Assembly: GCA_965213685.1 (NCBI GenBank)
Contig: CBDBZY010000051.1
Coordinates: forward strand, 384,001 to 448,000
Length of the DNA stretch: 64,000 nucleotides
Origin: a bacterium
Lineage (GTDB): Bacteria > UBA8248
Direction of reading: 5' to 3'
Every line of letters starts with the position of its first letter. Position 1 is the stretch's first letter. The notes beneath the pieces are model-generated. The model was not told the origin of the DNA. It did not search any database and saw only the letters and a program-made list of their open reading frames with translations. Both the position numbers and the translations under genes were made by a program. Below, one piece after another: positions 45,814-56,752 of the stretch.

Positions 45814-47184
45814 ATGGCGGGAAGGCGCAGGGCATGGTACGCTATTGCAGTGACAACCATTGCGCTCTCTTTCTTCGTTTACCTCCTCCCCAAGCACTGG
45901 TCGCCGAGAGAATACACAAACCTTGGCGTGGCGGCATCTGGTGGGGTGCACGCAGTGAGTCCGGAATCACAGCCAACCCCCCAGACATCACGGCAACCCT
46001 CCCCTGGTCAGCCACCCAGACGAGCGCTCTCGGACTCCAAGGGTAGAGCTACTAACAAAACCAGACCTTCCACACTGTATCACAGAGATAAGACAGCTCT
46101 AGAGAGGGACACGCACATACAGCCAAGGCAAATGCTCAGAGACCAGACAAGCTTAATTCCACTTCAGAATGGTTCCATCCGTCCTCCACGTCCACTAGCA
46201 ATTGGCCTACAGAACGAGAAGGACAGACTCAGGCAGCAGAGTGTTAAAATGAAACCAAAACTTTTGGTTTGTAATCCTGGAAAAACTAATACCACTGCTC
46301 TTGGCTTCCAGCCTCTCTCACAGTCAGTAGTGGAGGGTGTGGAGAAGTTTGTCTTCTTTGTTGGGTACCAGAGGAGTGCCCACAGTATCATAGGCAGTGT
46401 GATGGATGCACACCCAGACATTGTGATAGCTCATGAGTACTTTCTCTTCTCAGAGTGTGCATCACAGCTCAAAGTCGGGGCCAGTATATTTAAGAACAAA
46501 ACTCAGCTGTTTAACGAACTCTACAAGAACAGTTACCTTTCCTCCAAGTGTGGCTGGAGAAGTGATAGCAATACAAGCAAGGGCTACAACCTGGACATTG
46601 GAGATCAGTGGCAAGGCAAGTTCCACCAGCTGAGAGTCATAGGGGACAAATCTGGTGGCAGTGCTACTAAATTTATGCAATCTGACAAGGGAAACAAGTG
46701 TTTAGATCAAATGGTTGACAGTCTTAACATGTCAATCATTGCAGTTCATGTAGTACGGAATCCCTATGACATGATAGCCACTAATATTCTCTACCAGCTC
46801 TCTGTGGTGAAAGCAACTAAAGCAAGTGACATAATGCATAGAAAGGTAAGGCCTGACATTACCGTGCTATTGTTGAACACAAAAAGGTTGTTCTCACAAG
46901 CACTTGCTGTGAAAGCTGTGAGCAAGAAAGTCACTGTGGTTGAGATTCACATTGAGGATTACATTAAGGATCCAAGGAGTTGTGTGCTGGAGATATGCAA
47001 TGCTCTTGAGGTGCCATGCCCACAGGATTATGTTGAGGAGTGTTACCAGAAGGCATACAGGAATATTTCCAGGAGCAGAGACCTTATCGAGTGGGAGCCA
47101 GTGATACTGCGTAGAATCCAAGAGAAAATGAAGGAGTTCCCCTTCTTCCGTGGCTATACATTTGAGGATGATTTCCGATTGTAA
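45814..47184 (+). CDS. Sulfotransferase-like protein, copy 2
   Basis: 456-aa ORF, near-identical to copy 1; the PSB loop reads YQRSAHS. Confidence 0.85.
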   Translation: MAGRRRAWYAIAVTTIALSFFVYLLPKHWSPREYTNLGVAASGGVHAVSPESQPTPQTSRQPSPGQPPRRALSDSKGRATNKTRPSTLYHRDKTALERDTHIQPRQMLRDQTSLIPLQNGSIRPPRPLAIGLQNEKDRLRQQSVKMKPKLLVCNPGKTNTTALGFQPLSQSVVEGVEKFVFFVGYQRSAHSIIGSVMDAHPDIVIAHEYFLFSECASQLKVGASIFKNKTQLFNELYKNSYLSSKCGWRSDSNTSKGYNLDIGDQWQGKFHQLRVIGDKSGGSATKFMQSDKGNKCLDQMVDSLNMSIIAVHVVRNPYDMIATNILYQLSVVKATKASDIMHRKVRPDITVLLLNTKRLFSQALAVKAVSKKVTVVEIHIEDYIKDPRSCVLEICNALEVPCPQDYVEECYQKAYRNISRSRDLIEWEPVILRRIQEKMKEFPFFRGYTFEDDFRL

Positions 47185-47600
47185 CATACATTGTGTATTG
47201 TATAATATTTTATAGCATCCATGGCAGTAGACTGGAACTGATTCTGTGGCCTCTATGTGCATGTGAGGGTTGATACACACTCTCAGGCGAGTCACGTGTA
47301 TCATTAAAGGAATTTGTATTGGCTATATGTACGTGTGCTCGACTTTATATTTATGGGAGGTAGACCACTTAGCTGGGAGAGCTACATGTCTGACGGAATA
47401 ACGACGCTAGCCCTCAGAGTTATGGTTGCATTAGCGCCCTTCGCCCTTTCGCACGTGCGAACGCATGGAGGCACGGCGTAGATACCTCAGTGAGGCTAAG
47501 TATCCTTTGATTGGAACAGCTATGGAGCTTTGCCGCATAGGTCATCTGAAGTAGATATTTGGTCTGTTGAGGTCTCAGTTGGCCGACAGCGGGCTGTGAA

Positions 47601-48959
47601 ATGGCAGGAAGGCGCAGGGCATGGTACGCTATTGCAGTGGCAGCCATTGCGCTCTCTTTCTTCGTCTACCTCCTCCCCAAGCACTGGTCGCCGAAAGAAA
47701 GCACAAATCTCGACATGGCGGCATCTGGCGGGGTGCACGCAGTGAGTCCGGAATCACAGCCAACCCCCCAGACATCACGGCAACCCTCCCCTGGTCAGCG
47801 CCCCAATGTAGCATCTTCTGACTCCAACGGAGCCAACAAAACCAGGCCACCCATACTGAGTCAGAGAGGTAATAGACCTACAGCCGTAGAGAGGGACACG
47901 CACGTACAACCCAGACAAATGCCGAGAGACATGATCAACTTCACTACACGTAAGAATGATACCATCCACAGTCCTCCGAGTCCACTCGGCCGACACGCAA
48001 TTGGCCTACAAAACAGACAGCAGAGCGTTACATTCAAGCCAAAGCTTTCACTTTGTAATCCTGGAAAATCTAATGCCACTGCTCTTGGCTTCCAGCCTCT
48101 CTCACAGTCAGTAGTGGAGGGTGTGGAGAAGTTTGTCTTCTTTGTTGGGTACCCAAGAAGTGGCCACAGTATCATAGGCAGTGTGATGGATGCACACCCA
48201 GACATTGCAATAGCTCACGAGTACTTTCTCTTCTCAGAGTGTGCATCACAGCTCAAAGTCGGGGCCAGTATATTTGAGAACAAAACTCAGCTGTTTAACG
48301 AACTCTACAAGAACAGTTACCTTTCCTCCAAGTGTGGCTTGAGGAGTGATAGCAATGCACGCAAGGGCTATAGCCTGGATGTTGGAAGTCAGTGGCAAGG
48401 CACATTCCGCCAGCTGAGAGTGATAGGGGACAAATCTGGTGGTAAAACCTCTCAAGTTATGAAATCCCGTACAAGAAGCCAGTGTTTACAACAAATGATT
48501 GATGGTCTTGACCTGCAAATCATTGCAGTTCATGTAGTACGTAATCCCTATGACATGATAGCCACTAGGATACTGTACCAGCTCCCTACTGTTAGACCTA
48601 GAGACCACTTGCATAAAAGAGTGAAGCCCGATCACGATATGCAAATTTCAAACACAAATGCCTTGTTCTCACAAGCACTTGCTGTGAAAGCTGTGAGCAA
48701 GAAAGTCACTGTGTTTGAGATTCACATTGAGGATTACATTAAGGATCCAAGGAGGTGTGTGCTAGAGATATGCAATGCTCTTGAGGTGCCGTGCCCACAG
48801 GATTATGTTGAGGAGTGTTACCAGAAGGCATACAGGAATGTTTCCAGGAGCAGAGACCTCATCGAGTGGGAGCCAGTGATACTGCGTAGAATCCAAGAGA
48901 GAATGAAGGAGTTCCCCTTCTTCCGTGGCTACACATTTGAGGATGATTTCAGACTGTAA
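47601..48959 (+). CDS. Sulfotransferase-like protein, copy 3
   Basis: 452-aa ORF with YPRSGHS and HVVRNPYDMIAT. Confidence 0.85.
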   Translation: MAGRRRAWYAIAVAAIALSFFVYLLPKHWSPKESTNLDMAASGGVHAVSPESQPTPQTSRQPSPGQRPNVASSDSNGANKTRPPILSQRGNRPTAVERDTHVQPRQMPRDMINFTTRKNDTIHSPPSPLGRHAIGLQNRQQSVTFKPKLSLCNPGKSNATALGFQPLSQSVVEGVEKFVFFVGYPRSGHSIIGSVMDAHPDIAIAHEYFLFSECASQLKVGASIFENKTQLFNELYKNSYLSSKCGLRSDSNARKGYSLDVGSQWQGTFRQLRVIGDKSGGKTSQVMKSRTRSQCLQQMIDGLDLQIIAVHVVRNPYDMIATRILYQLPTVRPRDHLHKRVKPDHDMQISNTNALFSQALAVKAVSKKVTVFEIHIEDYIKDPRRCVLEICNALEVPCPQDYVEECYQKAYRNVSRSRDLIEWEPVILRRIQERMKEFPFFRGYTFEDDFRL

Positions 48960-49996
48960 CGTACATTGTGTAATATATAATATTATACACAGTAGACTAG
49001 TAGATCTAGAACCGATCCTGCATGTGGCCTCTCTGTGCATGTGAAGGTTGATACACACTCTCGGGCGAGAGTGTATCTAATAATGTATGTACGTGTGCTG
49101 GACCTCATGGCTATGGGAGGTAGACCGTGCACGTAACTAATCTGCACTAACTGGGAGGGCTACATGTCTATGGATAATATAGACGCTGTATGTCGCGTAA
49201 GCTTTGCGTGTCCTTTTCGCATGTGTACATTAATTAATAGGAGGGCAGCTACCGTTCGCGCGGCGTCCGCGTTACACGCGGCAAGGGCTACCTACATGTA
49301 GCTTGGGGCCCACGCTAGGGACCATCTAGCTCACCGGTCGTGCGAGGAGGCAGGGCTAGGACTAGACTATAGGGACTGCGACTACAATGTAGCTTATAGA
49401 CATGGTACGAAGTTGGTGTCCATCGGAAACTGTACATCTATGATTCCACTTGACTTCAGGCCAACGGGGCTGAGAAAATTACTTGGCTGCTGGGATACAT
49501 GCTGTGTGCGTTCACACATCACTTGATAGCTTAGCAGGCAATTTATACGTAAGCTTGGACATTAACTTTGAGGCCAGTCAGAATTATATATTTAAGAGTT
49601 GTACATTGCAGCTAGTGATCCAACATTGTACTTTGGCTGGCTCTTGCAAATGTTGCTACATACATAAGATCTTAGATACAAACCATGCCAAACAGCATCT
49701 GACTATTGCAGCTGGCTTGCTCCCGCTCGCCCACAATGCTCAGCATTCCACTAGTTTAAGCTTATAAAATAAGCGATAACTAGAGGTAAGTGAACTGGCT
49801 TGGTACCGGTAGTATGGCGTCAATACTTTCAGTGAGATTGAAACAGTAACGGGCCATCTGTTTGTTCACCGCTATTCTAGTCAAGATGCATGCTTCACCT
49901 CACCGAAGGCATCCATAATCACTGTTTATGGCTAGCTCTTAGCGCTCTTCTGAGGGATTTGCCCTATCTCCTCAGATATTTGTGTATTGGAACACA

Positions 49997-50031
49997 GCAC
50001 AACGTTTCACCTTTTGGGCTTCTTCAGGTGC
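49997..50031 (-). ncRNA. Second minimal hammerhead ribozyme motif
   Basis: Minus strand GCAC-CTGAAGA-A-GCC-CAAAA-GGT-GAAACGTT-GTGC; helix II is short (3 bp including a G-U pair). Confidence 0.65.
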
Positions 50032-51005
50032 AACTGACACATACAAAACTCAAAGCAGACCATCCATAATCAGATCGCGATCTTCTTATAGCGCTTCCTA
50101 GACCTTCTATTAGGCACGCGCGACAGCAGAGCATGCATGCAAGATGAATACACGTAAGTACCGCACACTGTTAAAAAAAGGGTGTTGGAGAAACACTTTT
50201 GAGGGTGCTCGGTTCACATGTGCCATGCAGTTTAGCATCTCCAGAGTGCTAAAAGGAAGGGCAAACAGGCACTCCAAGAGGGCATCGATTCACAAGGTTC
50301 CACCAGGCATTACTAGTCTAGAAAGGTGAAAAAGCGGCCTTTGGGATAATAATTCACAACCCGTTGTATGTCGGCCAACCAGACTGGCGAACGCCCCCGT
50401 ATTGTATATTTCCACATTCTCTGTGCCAACCAGTTTATACTTGCTACTAGTACTAATGCTTAGCGTATGGCGTTAGTACACAGTGCGCCCGCACGATCCG
50501 AGATCACATGTCGGAATATGCGCCATGAAAATATCTTCCTACGCCACTGACACTGACTGTCAGACCTGTACTTAGTATACTACTCTTAATGTCTGTGCCC
50601 TATACATATGGAGTCCAGCAACCACACCAGCATTTCATCGAAGAAAAAATAACATCAATCTGACTGCTGTACAACTCCTTCCACTAATACCTATAGGTAA
50701 TAAATTAAAACAGTGGCTGCCATTATGGTCTCCTCCTCGAGCTCTGATCCCACTACATTCGTACCCACTGGCAGTGGCAGCAGCACAAAGCCAACCACCC
50801 ATGCAGTTGGTATTAAATTTGTGGTGGCAGAGCCACACCAACGTCAAGCTGCATGGATTGCTTCTACTAATACTCTAATACTCTTGTCTGAGAGTGTAGA
50901 TTCATCACCCCACAGAGTGCCCATATATGCAGGTAGGCTGTGCATGGTTCTATACAACTACCATGGGTAGCCAAGAGTGAATTATAATTATACAACTGTC
51001 ATATA

Positions 51006-52376
51006 TTACAATCTGAAATCATCCTCAAATGTGTAGCCACGGAAGAAGGGGAACTCCTTCATTCTCTCTTGGATTCTACGCAGTATCACTGGCTCCCACT
51101 CGATGAGGTCTCTGCTCCTGGAAACATTCCTGTATGTCTTCTGGTAACACTCCTCAACATAATCCTGTGGGCACGGCACCTCAAGAGCATTGCATATCTC
51201 TAGCACACACCTCCTTGGATCCTTAATGTAATCCTCAATGTGAATCTCAACCACAGTGACTTTCTTGCTCACAGTTGTCACAGCAAGTGCTTGTGAGAAC
51301 AAGGCATTTGTGTTTGAAATTTGCATATTGTGGTCAGGCCTTAACTTTCTATGCAATATGTCACTAGCTTTAGTACTTCTTACAGTAGAGAGTTGATAGA
51401 GAATACTAGTGGCTATCATGTCGTAGGGATTCCGTACTACATGAACTGCAATGATTGACATGTTAAGGTAATCAACCATTTGTTCTAAACACTTGTTTCC
51501 TGTGCCAGATTTCATAGAGTGAGAGGTTTTACCACCAGATTTGTCCCCTATGACTCTCAGCTGGCGGAATGTGCCTTGCCACTGACTTCCAACATCCAGG
51601 TTGTAGCCTTTGCTTGTATTGCTATCACTTCTCCAGCCACACTTGGAGGAAAGGTAACTGTTCTTGTAGAGTTCGTTACACAGCTGAGTTTTGTTCTCAA
51701 ATATACTGGCCCCAACTTTGAGCTGTGATGCACACTCTGAGAAGAGAAAGTACTCGTGAGCTATCACAATGTCTGGGTGTGCATCCATCACACTGCCTAT
51801 GATACTGTGGCCACTTCTTGGGTACCCAATAAAGAAGACAAACTTCTCCACACCCTCCACTACTGACTGTGAGAGAGGCTGGAAGCCAAGAGCAGTGGCA
51901 TTAGTTATTTCAGCAGGATCACACATCAAAAATTCTGGCTTTACTTTACCCTTCCTCCGCTTGTCCCTCTTGTTCTGTAGCCCAATTTTGTGTCTGTTGA
52001 GTGGACTCAGAAGACGTATGGCATCATTATGAAGTTCAGTGAAGTTGACCTGGTTCCTCAGTATCTGTGCGTGCGTGTTCCATTTTAGAGCTGCCTTATC
52101 TCTGTTATACAATGCAGGATATCCGGTTTTGTTGGCTCTATTTCTGTCGTTGGAGTCGGAAGATGCTCGTCTGGGTGGCTGACCAGGGGAGGGTTGCCGT
52201 GATGTCTGGGGGGTTGGCTGTGATTCCGGACTCACTGCGTGCACCCCGCCAGATGCCGCCACTCCAAGATTTGTGTTTTCACTTGGCGACCAGTACTTGG
52301 GGAGGAGGTAGACGAAGAAAGAGATCGCAATGGTTGTCAGTGCAATAGCGTACCATGCCCTGCGCCTTCCTGCCAT
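51006..52376 (-). CDS. Sulfotransferase-like protein, copy 4
   Basis: Intact ORF from MAGRRRAW to GYTFEDDFRL with FIGYPRSGHS. Confidence 0.85.
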   Translation of the reverse strand: MAGRRRAWYAIALTTIAISFFVYLLPKYWSPSENTNLGVAASGGVHAVSPESQPTPQTSRQPSPGQPPRRASSDSNDRNRANKTGYPALYNRDKAALKWNTHAQILRNQVNFTELHNDAIRLLSPLNRHKIGLQNKRDKRRKGKVKPEFLMCDPAEITNATALGFQPLSQSVVEGVEKFVFFIGYPRSGHSIIGSVMDAHPDIVIAHEYFLFSECASQLKVGASIFENKTQLCNELYKNSYLSSKCGWRSDSNTSKGYNLDVGSQWQGTFRQLRVIGDKSGGKTSHSMKSGTGNKCLEQMVDYLNMSIIAVHVVRNPYDMIATSILYQLSTVRSTKASDILHRKLRPDHNMQISNTNALFSQALAVTTVSKKVTVVEIHIEDYIKDPRRCVLEICNALEVPCPQDYVEECYQKTYRNVSRSRDLIEWEPVILRRIQERMKEFPFFRGYTFEDDFRL

Positions 52377-53022
52377 TTCACAGCCCGCTGTCGGCCAACT
52401 GAGGACTCGACAGACCAAGATTTGCCGAACAACCACCTCAGATAGCCTTATGCCAATTGTTAAATGTATTTACCCTCACAGAGAGTATAATCTGTGCCAA
52501 GCCAAAATTAATATCCTTTATTGCGCGGGTGTCTTGGCTAACCAGATGCCTCTTATAGAATTACGGTATGTATGCGTGTACGCGTTCATCTCAAATCCTA
52601 CGGCTTAGCCATAGATGTAATATTGTTACTTATTTCATATCTGTGGCTTGAGTCCGGCAAACATACTAGAACTTGAAAAAGCCCCCAGAAAAAACAATAC
52701 TCATTCAACTGGTGAAACAGAGGATCAACTGTGGTCTCTTCCCCCTAGAGCTCTCATCCCACTTGACTCCTACCTGCACATTTGTAGTGGCAGCACTAGC
52801 AGCAAAAGACCAACCATCCATGCAGTCAGTAGTTGTGGGGCAGAGCCACCACATCAAAAGATAGAGATTGTCAAAATCTCAGCTGTATTGATATACGTTC
52901 CATCTACTCTTGTTTGAGACTGCATGTGTGTCTACCAGGCCACGGCCCACAGGTAGGCTGTGGTTCATCTACAACATGGATGGGCAAGAGTGTGCTTCAG
53001 TATAATTATAATACAACAGGTA

Positions 53023-54346
53023 TTACAATCTGAGCCACGGAAGAAGGGGAACTCCTTCATTCTCTCTTGGATTCTACGCAGTATCACTGGCTCCCACTCG
53101 ATGAGATCTCTGCTCCTGGAAACATTCCTGTACGCCTTCTGGTAACACTCCTCAACATAATCCTGTGGGCATGGCACCTCAAGAGCATTGCATATCTCCA
53201 GCACACACCTCCTTGGATCCTTAATGTAATCCTCAATGTGAATCTCAACCACAGTGACTTTCTAGCTCACAGTTGTCACAGCAAGTGCTTGTGAGAACAA
53301 GGCATTTGTGTTTGAAATTTGCATATTGTGATCGGGCCTTAACTTTCTATGCAATATGTCACTAGCTTTAGTACTTCTTACAGTAGAGAGTTGATAGAGA
53401 ATACTAGTGGCTATCATGTCGTAGGGATTTCGTACTACATGAACTGCAATGATTGACATGTTAAGATAATCAACCATTTGTTCTAAACACTTGTTTGCTT
53501 TGCCATATTGCATAAATTCTGAAGTTCTGCCACCAGACTTATCACCAATCATTCTCAGCTGACGGAATGTGCCTTGCCACTGACTTCCAACATCCAGGCT
53601 ATAGCCTTTGCTTGTATTGCTATCACTTCTCCAGCCACACTTGGAGGAAAGGTAACTGTTCTTGTAGAGTTCGTTAAACAGCTGAGTTTTGTTCTCAAAT
53701 ATACTGGCCTCAACTTTGAGCTGTGATGCACACTCTGAGAAGAGAAAGTACTCGTGAGCTATCACAATGTCTGGGTGTGCATCCATCACACTGCCTATGA
53801 TACTGTGGCCACTCCTCTGGTACCCAACAAAGAAGACAAACTTCTCCACACCTTCCACTACTGACTGTGAGAGAGGCTGGAAGCCAAGAGCAGTGGCATT
53901 AGTTATTTCAGCAGGATTACAAACTGAAAGTTCTGACTTCGGTTTGAAGTAACTGCTTGACGGTTGAGTGGACTCAGAGGATGAATGACACCATCCTGAT
54001 GAGCAATGAAATTGACCTTGTCTCTTGGCATCTGGCTTGGCTGCACGTGTGTGTCCTTCACTAGCACAGTCTTATCTCTGTAATACAGTATGGGAGGTCT
54101 GGTTCTGATTTCATTTGTGGAGTCCGAGAGTGCTCGTCTGGGTGGCTGACCAGGGGAGGGTTGCCGTGATGTCTGGGGGGTTGGCTGTGATTCCGGACTC
54201 ACTGCATGCACCCCACCAGATGCCGCCACGCCAAGGTTTGTGTTTTCTCTCGGCGACCAGTGCTTGGGGAGGAGGTAAACGAAGGAAGAGAGTGCAATGG
54301 CTACCGCCACTACAATTGCATACCCTACCCTCCACCTTGTTGCCAT
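53023..54346 (-). pseudogene. Sulfotransferase-like copy 5, disrupted
   Basis: Frameshifting deletion near 53950, AAG>TAG nonsense at 53262-64, and a deletion removing YTFEDD near 53031. Confidence 0.85.
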
Positions 54347-54444
54347 CTTTTCACAACGAGACATCGACTATAGAGCCAGCAAAAACTGCAGTGTTTCAAT
54401 ACTCTGAACTGATATAATTACATTGATTAATTTGAAATTAATGT

Positions 54445-55040
54445 TCATTGACTCATTGATCTAAGTCGTTCTACCATCCGAGGATGGGAGATGAAGGCAA
54501 AAGAGTCTTTTCTGAACAGTATGTATCTGGAGAACCATCCAAGGGAGGACTGGGGGCTGAGGATATGGAGGTGGAGGTGGTGCACTAAGATGAAGGGTGG
54601 CCAGTGGAAACCCATTCTTGCATCCTCTGGGTTCCCTCCTTGCTCTGTGAGAATCTTTGTTCCAATTTCCCCCATCTTTTCCACTATGGGCAGGTCCTTG
54701 TACGTCAGAGCATTAGGATCCCTACAGAAGGAGTATAGTGTGTGTGTGTGGGAGAAAGGGAGTTCATCTACAGATCAATGTGCGCACCACTATAATCCCC
54801 GAAAGATGACATAATTTGTGTACAGTTTATGGCGTGCCTGATGTGTGTCTTGGGCACTAGGAGATAGTGATGGGTGGCAGCAGGACTCTTGTCGCGGAAA
54901 CACAAGTAGTCTTCGTCTTCATACACTATCGCGGCTGGCTCCTGCTTGGCCACGATGCGACAGAAGACGCATTTCGGGTCGGCTACCGGCTGCGTATTCT
55001 CCTCACTCACGGCGTGAGATTGCCCCACTCCTTCGGCCAT
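54445..55040 (-). CDS. HINT3: Histidine triad nucleotide-binding protein 3-like
   Basis: CVFCRI, CFRDKSPAATHHYLLVPKTHI, RMGFHWPPF, HLHLH; two exons joined by a GC-AG intron at 54837-54722. Confidence 0.93.
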
Positions 55041-55070
55041 ATTCATCAGATTCCTAAACTCCACCCCCAA

Positions 55071-55085
55071 GTTGCTACGGGCAAC
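55071..55085. promoter_or_regulatory. RFX X-box-like palindrome in the HINT3/CCDC92 divergent promoter
   Basis: GTTGCT-ACG-GGCAAC fits the X-box arrangement GTTGCY-N(0-3)-RGCAAC. Confidence 0.55.
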
Positions 55086-55185
55086 GATTGACTAACAATA
55101 AGACTCCCTGTAGTCAGCATGTCTTTGTACAAGCTGAGTTTCACCCAATAGCCTCCACCTGTATATAGCTGCGAGTTGTAAAGGA

Positions 55186-56605
55186 ATGCTGGCCCACGCT
55201 CGGATCAAACTGAAGAATGCCGAGAGCTCCATTGCCTTCGTACAGGAACAACATGCCAAAACACTGAAGGGACTACACCACGAAATCCAAAGACTGCAGC
55301 AGAAAAATGCCCGTCAGTTTCAGAAGTCTGTAGTATTCCCGCCATGCTACCATGGTCACTGATCTCTCTCCCTTTTCTTGGCAGGTCTGACCCTTGAGTT
55401 GGCCATGAAGGAATCTGCTGCAGTCACCTCAAGTTAGTGTGTGTACCGTGTATCTAAATATCATGGAACTACTTCTCCTCCTTCTCTTCTCTTCCTTCCT
55501 CCCTCCTTTTCCAGACCTACCAAATCAGTCAGACTACTGCAAGCATTCAGAGGAGCTCCAATCAGTGAAGATGGAAATCCTATCCCTGCAGTCTTCCCTG
55601 TCTGCCAGTACCGAGGAGATAAAGTTGCTCAAACATCACATCAAAGAAGCAGAGTCCACATTTTCAGAGGAAATGAACAAAAGAGATGCTCAAATCCACC
55701 ATCTTGAATCAGAGCTGGACTGGAAGTCACAAGAGGTAGCTCGTCTGGTGAAGCAGCTCCATCAAATGAAAATAGAACTCACTCACATATCTGATGCCTC
55801 CTCTGTGGTGCAGCGTGTAGTACTCCCGACTTCTACAGATCACAGCCATCAGCTAAGGCAGAGGAAGGGATCAGATGTTGCAGGAACCTATCGAATCAGT
55901 CGCAGGGTTAGGCGAGCAACTGCATCAGCAGTGACGCATGACTCAGACACATTTCATGACTCCAGGGAAAAGCAAAGTATGCTCACTAGACGATCTCTCC
56001 CCACTCCAACCCTCGCCCCCTCTCCCCCCATCTCCCCCCGACCTCCCTCCACCTCCCCACCGCATACAGTGGTTCGACGAGCAAGTGGTGTCGCTCACAA
56101 ACGCACTCGTCCAGTCAACACCACTCACACAGTACCACAGAAAACCTCCTCCACAACGACTCTCGACCCCGTCCAGAAATACAAGCAAGCTCCTTCAGTT
56201 GCTGATTTCCTTGATCGTGCCCAGAGTGTCCATGTTGTGACCAGACCCTCTCCTCCTGTACTGCCTCCCATTGCAACAAAGTCTGTTACTGAGGCTGCCC
56301 CTACAGGGACCAGCAGTGGAGTGAGTGATTGTGTGCGGCACCCACCCTACCCTGCACGCCATGGCTGCCAGAGGCATGTCATTCTGGCTCGCTCGCAGGG
56401 ACTCGGCAGTGCTCCAAGTGGCGTTCGAGTGCTCACTGGAAGACTGGAGAGGAATAGAGGAAGAGAGGAGGAGTGGGAGGGAGGGCAAGGGGAGGGGGAG
56501 GGAGGAGGGAGAGAGACGGCAGAGGGCACTCTGCTTATCAAAGAAGAGGCTCACCATCAGAAGAGTCAGGCCTGGCAGGAACTGCATCAGAGTGGCTCCG
56601 ATTAA
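55186..56605 (+). CDS. CCDC92: CCDC92/CCDC74-family coiled-coil protein
   Basis: LKNAESSIAFVQEQHAKTLKGLHHEIQRLQQKNA / LTLELAMK N-terminal motif, a further coiled coil, and an S/P/T-rich tail containing VLPPI. Confidence 0.75.
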
Positions 56606-56752
56606 CTGACCTCATTTGTATAGCAATGCATTTGATGGTGTCGATGTGTCTCATTCCAAGATTTGTACGTGGGTGGTGGCTGTAGTATACAACCCTTATT
56701 GCGTGTGCTACATGTACGTGCCATCTTCCGCTCGACGGTGCCATGACCGGTG

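Noticed and set aside
53262-53264. Stop-codon readthrough or recoding in sulfotransferase copy 5
   Set aside because: The copy also has a frameshift and a C-terminal deletion; pseudogenisation is simpler.
43180-54364. Bacterial contig or symbiont contamination explaining the intronless genes
   Set aside because: The genes have eukaryotic type II membrane topology, are interspersed with eukaryotic MITEs, and directly adjoin the intron-containing HINT3 and TBCE.
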